A DNA stretch of 63,087 nt, the filler included, from Klebsormidium nitens (taxonomy: Eukaryota; Plantae; Klebsormidiophyceae): NCBI GenBank assembly GCA_000708835.1. It is 7 parts of 7 records of this genome, joined end to end, with 100 filler letters (N's around TTAATTAATTAA, not from the genome) between each part and the next. Parts side by side here need not be neighbours in the genome. Positions count along the whole stretch, not along the records: positions 6,856 to 13,364 come from DF238397.1; positions 13,465 to 17,614 come from DF238528.1; positions 17,715 to 24,070 come from DF238362.1; 4 more parts are not named here. One strand, 5' to 3'. Shown here piece by piece: positions 8,473-19,010 of the stretch; positions within the stretch are counted from its first letter, which is position 1, and each line of letters begins with the position of its first letter. The notes beneath the pieces were generated by a model that did no database searches, had not been told where the DNA came from, and worked only from the letters and a program-made list of their open reading frames with translations. The position numbers and the translations under genes are program-made.

Positions 8473-10002
8473 TCAAGTGCCCTTGTTGACTTGAGCCAAT
8501 TGCAAGTATAGAAACATAATACCCTACCTGGGTAGTAGCTGATCATATAATTCTAGTACGTGTATATTACGGTATAGACAAGTACAAGATTCAGTGGCGG
8601 AGCTGAGGAGCTCCAGCCAACGTCCGTCCCACGAGTCGTGACTCTCACGAAGCTTTTCGGCTTATGGCCTCCGGGGCGTTCTGTTTACGGTATGCCACCC
8701 AGTTTGAAATATCTGATTACGCTTCGGACACTTTGGGTGCACTAGGTACACCTGTACACCAGCATAGAGCTACGGTATCGTAGTACCTAGGTAGGTACTA
8801 GGTACTGTTCCATTCCGGCAGCAGACCTAGGTATGTCGTGTACCGNNNNNNNNNNNNNNNNNNNNNNNNNNNNNNNNNNNNNNNNNNNNNNNNNNNNNNN
8901 NNNNNNNNNNNNNNNNNNNNNNNNNNNNNNNNNNNNNNNNNNNNNNNNNNNNNNNNNNNNNNNNNNNNNNNNNNNNNNNNNNNNNNNNNNNNNNNNNNNN
9001 NNNNNNNNNNNNNNNNNNNNNNNNNNNNNNNNNNNNNNNNNNNNNNNNNNNNNNNNNNNNNNNNNNNNNNNNNNNNNNNNNNNNNNNNNNNNNNNNNNNN
9101 NNNNNNNNNNNNNNNNNNNNNNNNNNNNNNNNNNNNNNNNNNNNNNNNNNNNNNNNNNNNNNNNNNNNNNNNNNNNNNNNNNNNNNNNNNNNNNNNNNNN
9201 NNNNNNNNNNNNNNNNNNNNNNNNNNNNNNNNNNNNNNNNNNNNNNNNNNNNNNNNNNNNNNNNNNNNNNNNNNNNNNNNNNNNNNNNNNNNNNNNNNNN
9301 NNNNNNNNNNNNNNNNNNNNNNNNNNNNNNNNNNNNNNNNNNNNNNNNNNNNNNNNNNNNNNNNNNNNNNNNNNNNNNNNNNNNNNNNNNNNNNNNNNNN
9401 NNNNNNNNNNNNNNNNNNNNNNNNNNNNNNNNNNNNNNNNNNNNNNNNNNNNNNNNNNNNNNNNNNNNNNNNNNNNNNNNNNNNNNNNNNNNNNNNNNNN
9501 NNNCAGACCTAGGTATACCGGTACACTGTACAGACTCTGTATTTGGTAGCTTCACCCATGGCTGCTACGGGACTTGAGAATTAATTGATTGATTGACCCA
9601 CATTCAGCAACTGTGTGCGTATTGAGTGTACGTGCTCAGCCTTGCTGTCTAAGACGTACGTCCTAGCTGCCGATGGGAAAGCTACGTCGGCGTACAGAGG
9701 CTCCTAATTTTGCTCTGCATATGGCAGGCTTCTCTGGAGATGCGATGCTGGGAGCCACATTGCTTCAAGCCTCGAGAATCAGTGATGATTTCCAGCTTCG
9801 CATAGCAAGGGCAAAGAACGTTCATGAACCTCTCCCTTTCATTGGAATCTCAGTGTGTATCAACCCTTAACCCACTACTCTTTTCGTAAGATCTATCGCC
9901 ACAATCTCATCGCCAGCGCCGCCGTCTAAGCGACCCGTGTTTCCCCCAGGCTTTGCTAGCGGGCCGCGGAGGAAAACTCTGTTAGCAGCCTGCTCGAGCA
10001 GC

Positions 10003-13000
10003 ATGGCGGAACCCAGGACGGATGCTATTCCTCTGGGCTCGGGAAAAGCGCTCAACAGCCTCGACATCTCTCGGGCGCTCCTGTGCTCAAGGGCAGTGTA
10101 TGCTGAGACGGTCCTGGACGCGGAGCGCCTCTATTGCGAAGCGCAGAGATCAAATACAGGCCTTACGTTCGAGAAAGTACACATGTCCCTGGAATCAGGC
10201 CTCCAGAAGTTCCTCGTGGCATATGCTGCCGACGCCATCTTTCTTGCTTTCAGAGGGAGTGCGTCACTTAAAGATGTTGCCAGCAACCTGCAGGCAGAGG
10301 CTATGCGCAACCGGGGAGGCTCTTTCCATGCTGGATTCTTCAAGCGGACAGACATCTTTGCAGGATCTGGCCACAACCCCCTGAAAGAGCTTGTACGCAA
10401 CCAAGGAAAGCGACTCATCTTCTGTGGGCACAGCCTGGGAGGTGCAGTCTCCCATCTGACTCTTCTGCGCTTCCTCTGGGATCCAGCGTGTGTGCCTCCG
10501 GAGATGTTAGTTTACGATCAGTTTGAGGTGAGTGAGAGTTAAACGTCTGCTTCTGCACAATCAACAAAAGTGGGGAATAATTTCCCACCCTGCTCCATAT
10601 GATTTGCAGCACTCTAGAGTCTAGGCAGCATTGGTGAATTCTCTCAAGCCCTTTTGCAGCACCTGCAGAGTCCAAGGTGGATGCAAACTGGGTGCATGAT
10701 TGTCAGATAAAAGGTCTCTGTCAGGTTCTGGATGGAGCAGTGTTGACAGCATCCGCAACGTGCGACTTAGCTATCTTCTCTAGCTGCAAAATGCCAAGCT
10801 TTCTTGTGAAAGAGACACTGAGACGATTTCTAACTTGCATTTACGTGTGCAACCTGCAGAAGGACCTGGCAGACTCTTTCATTTCCATTGCCTTTGGTGC
10901 GCCGCACATTTGCGACAGCGTGCTCGCTGACGAGGTCAAGGACAGTGGGCTGGGGTGGCGGTTCATCAACATCGTCAACCAGGATGATCCGGTGCCGCTT
11001 TTGCTCCACGACCTGCCAGGCCTGGTCAAGTCAGCTTTTGACGCTGCGAAGCCCGTTCTCAAGGATGCAACGAACAGCCTCCTGGCCCTGGGAGGCTTTA
11101 TCGGTCACTCCGTCAGCGGCTATGCCACAGGGGGCGTTGCTGGCGCCGTCCGTGGCGCAATCAAAGCGCTGACCTCTCCGACTGCCGACAGGCTGAACCT
11201 TGCTTACACGCTGACGGAGCAGTGGGCGAACAGTGTGCAGAACATCGAGCTCTCCGACGTGCCCAAGGGGCAGCGATTCGCTCCCATCGGCCAGTACGTC
11301 CTGATGCACAAGGACCTTGGGGTTTGGACGAGCATATGCTTGCCAGCTGGCTCCAAACCCCTCCACTTGCACTTGGGTCAGGGACCCCTGCTCCAGGACG
11401 GTCCCCTGCATCACCACACCTTGGACGGCTACTCGATAGCACTGGCGGCCTGCCGTCTCATCCAAGCCGGATTGCCCGCCATGGACACCCAGGTTTCCTC
11501 GACCGAGGAAAAGTTCGTCGTTTCGTGTCCTGGGCCCCAGGTCAGCTATCTTTCCAATATACTCTTTCGATATTTTGGAATTTTCTCCAGGGTCCTTCCA
11601 AATGGGAGGCTGAGGAACTGATGACCGTAGCAAACTAAAAGTACGAGTCCAGGACACGGGTTGTGCTCATGTGTGGGGACTTCCGTCATTTCGTGTCCTA
11701 CCCTTGGAGGACTTGTAGTTGGAAGGGTTTCAAGTCCAATTTAAAACAGAAGCGGCAGAACGGATTCGATTATACGGAACAAAAAGGCTGATTATGGAAC
11801 CATTGGTTCAGCGCGCTGGTGGACTTGCCTTAGACAACTCCGCATTTCCCAAGGTCATCAAATGCGTCTGGTTCGGATCTGGGCTTGAATGGTAGCACCC
11901 TGGTCCGTTTCCCAACTGGATTCTTGACCCCGTTTAGTTTAAAGTTCCGTTTTGAGAAACACTCTCCCGCAAACGGCCTCAAACTACAGCAAGAGTTTGC
12001 TACCAACCCATCCGGAAACTCGTGAGCCGACCAGCATCCTCTTTCTCCACAGGTACAATTTGCGAAGCTGAAGGTGACGGACACCAATCAGCGTTACCTT
12101 CACATCAAGGGCAGCAACCTCCTCTTCCTGACATCCCGGGTCAGTCTGAACGGAACCGAAGACTGGCAGACAAAAGTGCAGACTGACAACGAGCTGAAAG
12201 TGTTCGAAGCCGTGAGCCCCCTCCAAGCAGGGCAGCGAAGGACCAGCGCGATGGAGACAATCAGGATCGCAATCGTGAAGACTGCATTTGGTCAAACGGA
12301 GGCAGCCGTGGTGGAGGTGAGTCTTCAACTCAAGATACAGCAAAGTCGTTGAAAGCGGCAATAATGCCGTCTTAGTGGGTGCAATCAGGTGAATGCGCCA
12401 TTTCACCTGATTGCTCAACTGATTGCTCACCTGTTTGCGCCATTTCATTTTTGCAAACGTCTTTGACCATAAACCCAGTCTACGCGAGACCCAAATGCTC
12501 GTTCCCATCAAGGCAGATTGGAGAAAGGGCCTCACTCTGACTGACTGCATTTTGTGGTCACAGTGCTTATCTTTTCACTGCTTCGATCTCTAGCACATGC
12601 AGAATGATATTTGCTTCTCACTTTATTCGTCACTGTTCACCCGTGGTCAATTTCTTGGTCGAGGGACCTTCTATATTTCGCACACCCGTCACGTTGTGCT
12701 TGAGTTCTGTCTCTTCTTTTGACGCTCTTTTCTTCATACCTAACTGTCAGTATGCACTCTGGTACAAGGAAAAAGTATTGGAGAAACAAGTTAAAAGCTT
12801 ATTTTCATACCCTTCACAGGACTTCCAGATTGGAGAGACACAAATAGAAAGAGCTGGGGTTCTTGGAAGCTTCCCCAAGTGCATCCAGACCATGCTCGTC
12901 AAGGCGCAGCCTCCCCTCTCACTTAAGCCATCCCCTTCCGACTTGGAGATGCTCGACAACATTATGAGTTGTAAGTCAGGGACACAATTTGTACCAACCT

Positions 13001-13123
13001 TCTGACAACGCTTTCACGACGCCACGCAAAAAATTGTTGTTGGGCAGTTCTCCTTACAGAGAAAGACTCAGTCGGCAAGGACCCGATGCAAGTTAATATA
13101 CTTTCTGGAGCTCACCTGCGATA
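10003..13123 (+). CDS. Class 3 lipase-domain protein, spliced (exons ~10003-10527, 10860-11540, 12053-12316, 12820-12970; last exon uncertain)
   Basis: FLAFRGS, FHAGF, FCGHSLGGAV nucleophile elbow, SIAFGAP, IVNQDDPVP and HHHTLDGY. GT-AG junctions keep the frame through 12970; the 3' end is inferred. Confidence 0.75.
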
Positions 13124-13464
13124 AAATCCAATTGAATGCAATAAGGCGAGGAATATTGCTACACTGTTCTCAATCAACGAGCCTGCAAATCTTACATGCA
13201 GTGGACGACCCGGAAGGCCTGTTACAACCTGCCCCTATTGTAACGATTACGACTGGTTAAGCCTAACCTCGTTCTCGACAGGATTTCGTTGACCTGCGGG
13301 TTAGCGAAACGGCGGTGGTTACGTCTTAACGACGCACTGCGTGGCNGTCTGCAAGACGCCGTAANNNNNNNNNNNNNNNNNNNNNNNNNNNNNNNNNNNN
13401 NNNNNNNNTTAATTAATTAANNNNNNNNNNNNNNNNNNNNNNNNNNNNNNNNNNNNNNNNNNNN

Positions 13465-13554
13465 GGCCGGCCGGGCGGAGTGAAGCGGTCCGGCTCCATC
13501 AGCAGGACCATGGCCGGCGGAGGCCGGACATTGGCCGTGGCTTTTGAGGCCCTG
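13465..13554. mobile_element. Possible right end of a hAT-like element emerging from the gap
   Basis: The reverse complement begins CAGGGCCTCAAAAGCC followed by CCGG-rich subterminal sequence, resembling the hAT ends at 24187/28907. No matching left end is visible. Confidence 0.25.
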
Positions 13555-14425
13555 AACATGAAGTATCGCACCGCGGAAGCGATGCTTTAGCAGATTGGCC
13601 CGCCCCGGTTTTGAGCTTTTAGCCTAAAAGGCCCGAATCCGAAGTATCGCTTCGTGCCTGCGGTACTTTGCGATCTGGCCCGCCTCGCGACTTGGCCGCC
13701 GCATTAAGGCGATAGCGGTAGTGCCGTTGGACGGCACAAACAATATCCTGTCCCCATCATTGGGAAGCGAGCTTTTAAAACTAGCGTTTCGTCACCGCCG
13801 GTGGCACTTCAAGCTGTCGAGTCGAGCAGAAAAGTACAGCCTGGCTGTACTTTTATTCGACCTCGTTCCTACCGCAGTGCGGTAGGAAATGCACAATGGG
13901 GAGTTCAAGAGCGCATTTACACCCCTACTAACAGTCAAATAGACCCAGGAAAGCTTCGGTAGCGAAAGTTCTGAGGCCTTTCGGTGCAGGTGGTGCCAGA
14001 ACCTCACAAGACACCGCGCGCTACCCGGAATATGGCCCCTGGCGCGCCGGGGCGCTCGAGGATAGCAATTGGATTGAGGGATCGCGGACTTGCCAGGCAA
14101 AATCCGTCCGTCGGGCGAAAACGCCCGAGTTTGAAAGATTTTCGGGGACGCCGGGGGAATACGGCCAAACTTTGCCCCAGCAGTAGCCCACTGGGCACCC
14201 GTTGCCTTAGTAGCCTATCCGTGCCCGTCGGAGAGGTCGGCTTTGGTCCCCTTTCGATCAGAAATATTGTGACCGAGATACCAGGGCCGGGGACCTCTCG
14301 TAGCCTTATAAGTACTTGTCGAGCTTAATTTCGAGCCCGATACTATCCTCGCTGCCGAGACTAGCCATATTCACCGGCATCCGGGGTTCCCTTAAAATCA
14401 CCCCATTCCTACGCTTTGAACAGAG

Positions 14426-15147
14426 TCATAGCGTTGTAGAAGAAGGTGACAGGTCCGCCCGCAACTATGCCTGGTTGCTTGATGGAAAAGTGCTCGGGAC
14501 TTTGGCCAAGATTCGCTCGAAGCGATAAGGCCAGTCAGAAGCTGCCAAGTGTCTAGGCCCGAAACATGGTGTTGGAGCCTCGAGGGAGGGCGGCGGTTGC
14601 CCAAGCTGCGCACTGAGGATGTATTGTTTTACCGGCACTACTACCGACCAATACGTGAGACTAGCAGTGGGGCAGGTCGTGGTACCGGTTCGAAGTCTAG
14701 TGCGCTCTTTTGACCGGCCGAAGTGCCTTAGCTGCAGTCGCAGACCGAGTTGCAAGCTAAGATTCAAATGATCCGGATCCTCTACACGTTCGCGTGACTT
14801 TTAATACCCGGTACGCGCAACGGCCAAAATAAGTTGCATGTACTGTAGAGGTTAATTGTCAGAAAATAATTCCGTACCTTAGTTCCGTACGTTGCGGTCG
14901 CGCTGGCCGACTCCTTCACCGCGCGCCGCGTGTCAAAATATAAGTACCGACGTGCGCGGCGGTTCGATTTCCAAGTTCCGTACGGTCTGGGTCGATTGAC
15001 ACTGCGAATTGCCTCAATTTGCCTGGGGGCTGCGCGGACCGTCGATGATGAATTTGACGGGCAAGATTACACCTTATCGCTGCGATCGAATCTTGAAATG
15101 TCAGAAAGATAAGGGCGGGTCCGCAAGCTTCTTCTACAACGCTATGA
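14426..15147. repeat. Degenerate long inverted repeat (foldback/MULE-like relic)
   Basis: 14426-14445 is the exact reverse complement of 15128-15147. 14507-14530 matches the reverse complement of 15072-15095 at 22 of 24 bases. Confidence 0.7.
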
Positions 15148-16124
15148 GTGCCGCGTGGCATGCCATTTTAAATACTACATATATTGACTTGTGCATTTTG
15201 ATGGCGCGGTTCGTTCATACCTACGCTATTGCTCCGGATCCCATCAGACCTCCGAAGCTAAACGCCTGTGGGCGAGAATATTACTGGAATGGGTGACCTT
15301 CCGGAAAGTCCTCGTGACGAACCCACTCTTATTGCACTTTTGGCCTTTTCGCGTCCTCTTTTGACAAAGCTCTTTCAAATTTTTTTGTTTGCATGCTTTG
15401 TGGAGTGATTGCTTTCGCGAGTGATAGGTACTCCATATATACGTGGCTATCAAAACACAAAATCATACAGTAAGCATGCACACTGCTTACTGGGTAACTC
15501 AGCGCAGCATCTTGCGTGATTGAATTGTATGATTGTTGTGAAGCTTGTCGATTTGCTCTAGATTGAAGTAAGCAACTATATGACGTTGAATGCTACTACC
15601 CAACCCAGGTTTGGTGACCTGCCATGTCTTTTGGGTGATTGCTCTGTCCAGCTGTGCACTCATTCATACCGCGGTGGTCGCGGTACTTACGATGGAGTTA
15701 TGGCACATTTTAACATGGAGTTGAATTTTTCATGACGAAGTGTTTGCGGCGGGGCGGTGGTTGGCCGGGGTTGGGATTGGGGGAGGGGGGTGAGCGGAGA
15801 TCATGGGAAGGTGGGAGGATGTGCAGATGGGTTGACAAGCCGCGACAGATTGTAGAGCCAGGAATGCATTTATCGGAGAACGTTAACGCCCTCAGCGCAG
15901 GAGGCTTTTGTGGGCGACCTCAATTGTGGAGGGCAACAAACTTTGGGACATGACATATGTAAAGAATATACACGGCGGTGAGCACTTGGTGGACGTGATT
16001 GGGGGTTCAGTGGTTTTTTATCGACCGCTCAGTGAGGCTCGCGGACGCGAAAGTGGTCTGGACAAACTAGCCTCAGTCACTCGGGGGCTCCCTGGGTAAC
16101 CGTATTGGCGCTCGCCGGGTTTAA

Positions 16125-17614
16125 TTGGGGGTTGGGCGGCCGTTGGGGGGACGGCTTCCGCGGCCCTGCCGAGGACTGGGTCCGGTTGGTCGAGCAACAA
16201 GAAGGACTACTCATTTCAGTAGCCAAGGCGGTTCTTGCAGAAGTAGGCAGAACCTCAAAATTTTAGCGCTCTCGGTCCGGCTCACATGCCCAGAGGACTC
16301 GCGCACAGGGTCCAGTGCGCGGCGCTCGCATGCTCGCGTCTGGACTCCATACCCGGGACGCCCCTTGAAGGAAACGCCTTGATCTTGCTTTGCCTCAGCT
16401 CGGCCCTGTTCAGAGACCTCTTGAGCCTCAGCCGGCTGCATTCCGCCGCAGCTCCGTTCGTTTTGTCGGATCGGAATCCGAACGGAAGGCCCGCAGGTTC
16501 TGGACGGAACTCCGGCCTTCAGTTGCACAAGGAACTCGTTGAATCGGGGGGTTGCGGAGGTGAGAGAACGGGTGGCAAGGGACGCGTTCAAGAACGTCGG
16601 TTTGCTCGCGAGGGCTCTTTGCGACCACTGCAAAGCAGCAGACGATGTGGGGCGGCGACTAGTTCTGGGGGAGGTGGTGCGTTTTGCACTTGGCCTTGAA
16701 ACGGGGCACCGAATTGCGGCGATGGGTTTAGGAACTCTGGACCCTGCAGAGAGAGAAGCCGCTGAGGCGGCAACGAGAAAGGCCCTCGACGCCTGCTCTT
16801 GACGGTGACTGTCTGCTGCAAAGCCGTCCTGGGAGAGCCGCTTGGTTCCGGCCGTGCGGCCGGTCGGGAAGCGGATTCGAAGGTGGTCTGCAAGATTTTG
16901 GAGGCCCTGTCCTGCGTGGTGTTTTGCCGGGGGCCCTATGCGGAGTATAGCCAGCTGGTGACTCAGGCGGTAACGCTGGCCGCTGAGAGCACAACCGGGG
17001 CTGAGGGGCTGGCGGCAAGCATGCCGAACTACGAGGAGACAGTCGCTATCGCATTGGACCAGTCGCCAACGTTCTCGGGAGGCGAATTGCGGGGTTCGCG
17101 GGACTCAGAAACAGGCTATTCCGGAGCAGTAGCAACGGACAGAGACGCTCGTCACGGTCTCGGCGAGGCAGAGATTATTGAGGGAAACGCCTCGAGAGGA
17201 TAAACGGTGGAAAGCACACCCAGCACGTCCGGCCGGGAAGCCGCAACCGGCCCCCCGGAGCACGTTAACCCGACCAGCTCCTTTTTCCCCGAGCACCCGT
17301 CCCACCTCTGGGCAAGCGACGCGGTCCGAGCCGCCCGCGTCCACTTCATGCTGCGTGTCTTGGGGCTGTGCGTCGAGAAGATTGGGGACGAGCCGTTTGC
17401 GCATGCGGTCCTCCCGACGCTTCTGCTGTACCTGCTTCAGCCCTCGGCCCCAGTCTCGCGCTCCGCCCATGCGGCTAAGTTGCTGCCTTTCCGGACAGCC
17501 GAGAGGCGATCCGGCGAGAGTTTGAAGCGGGACGGAACGACGGAACGTCCGGAACGGACTGCCGGAACGGAAATGGAGCTCCCGAGACCTCGACTCCGCA
17601 TGGCGAGTGTGACG
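16125..17614 (+). pseudogene. Disrupted ORF of unknown function upstream of the DIRS recombinase
   Basis: A succession of helical-looking ORF pieces (16539-16802, 16799-17203, 17207-17614) broken by stops and frameshifts. No family recognised. Confidence 0.35.
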
Positions 17615-17900
17615 NNNNNNNNNNNNNNNNNNNNNNNNNNNNNNNNNNNNNNNNNNNNTTAATTAATTAANNNNNNNNNNNNNNNNNNNNNNNNNNNNNN
17701 NNNNNNNNNNNNNNAACAGGGTCGCCAACGGCCGAAAATGCTTGCGGTGGGCCCGAATTCGCCGGTCCAAAAAACCAAATGTTGAGCAAACAACAGTTAT
17801 TGGCAAATAATGCTTTCTGTTGGTGCAGGAGAGAGTTCCAGGGACGGTGTCAGGCTCACGTTCTGAGTGTGCGGGGTATTGAGGGAACCCAGCTGGTGGC

Positions 17901-18945
17901 GTGTGGACCGAAGCAGAGACCGAGGCGCTGTATGCGAGGTCTCGTAGCGAGTTTGGGACCATTGCAGAACGGAAGGTGACGCCTGCGGCCAACAATCCAC
18001 GGAAGCAAACGGCTTGCGAGTTCGCAAAGTTTCTGGGGAAGAACCGTTTTGGGGTCACAGCGGAAACAGCCACCGCGGCGATCGTAGGGGCATTTATAGT
18101 GGGGAACTGGCTTCCCCGCACAGCTGAAACTGCCGGACTGTCTTGCCTGCAACTGGGCAGACTGTGGCGTCTGCATCTGCAGCAAAGGGCGTCGTGAAAG
18201 ATTCATCTAAGACGTACAACATGCTTGGTTTCGCCGGGCACGAAAACCCGGCTAAAGCTAAGCCAGTGAAATCCTTTCGGGATGGCTACGAACGGTACCT
18301 GCACGACAAGGGGGTGAAAGTGCAGAGGGCAAAAGTATCCACCGAGAGCAAGCTCGACGCCCTTCTGGGCTTTTTAGCTGAGCGGGTGCGGGGAGAGACA
18401 GACGCGTTGGAACTTTGCACGTTGCTAATGGACCAGGCAGCGGTTCTATACCTGTGGGAATCATTGGCTCGCGGCAAAGAGTGCGTCTCTTTGAGCGCCA
18501 ATCAGATCGAGGGTGGCGAATCCCCAGCCGCGTTTCCCGGCTGGAGCAAGACGGTTAGACAAGAGCCCAGCGCTCGTATCCCGTTGGCCCAGGCAGGCTC
18601 GTCTCAGCGCCTCACCTTGTTGAGGTGACGTCTCAGCTCGTAAAGGCCCTGGAGATCCTTGGTGAGCACACCGAAGACGGGTACCTGTTTTGCGCCCACA
18701 ACCGGCAACGTACAGGATTCTCCTCGGGGCCAATCTCGAGCGCATCCCTGCGGAAACGAATTCAACGGCGCCTGCAACAAGCCGGGATGTTTGAAGGAGA
18801 AACGTTGCATTGATTTAGAAGATCCGCAGTACAGCATGCTGCGATAAATTTGAAATAGAACGTAAAACAGTTGATGGAACTCGGGCGTTGAAAAAGTTAC
18901 TCTGCGTTCAAAGTTTATGTAGAAAAAGTTTGGCAGAGACGCTGA
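17901..18945 (+). pseudogene. Tyrosine recombinase of a DIRS-group retroelement, disrupted, antisense to pol
   Basis: ORF pieces 17901-18197, 18143-18628 and 18625-18813. Read-through gives ETLH*FRRSAVQHAA...LMELGR*KSYSAFKVYV (HSFRR, GRW and Y positions), plus GWSKTVRQ and GYLF. Confidence 0.8.
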
Positions 18946-19010
18946 TAACAATGATGGTCAAATTGACTGAGTCTAGTTTCTTGTCTATCTACTTGCGTGC
19001 TGATAGTATG

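Noticed and set aside
8827-9555. Long poly-X ORFs here and at other gaps
   Set aside because: Artefacts of translating N runs.
10003-13123. Lipase as cargo of the virus-like element (some PLVs and virophages encode lipases)
   Set aside because: It has several spliceosomal introns and is separated from the module by two gaps, a MITE and host-like intergenic DNA; better read as a host gene.
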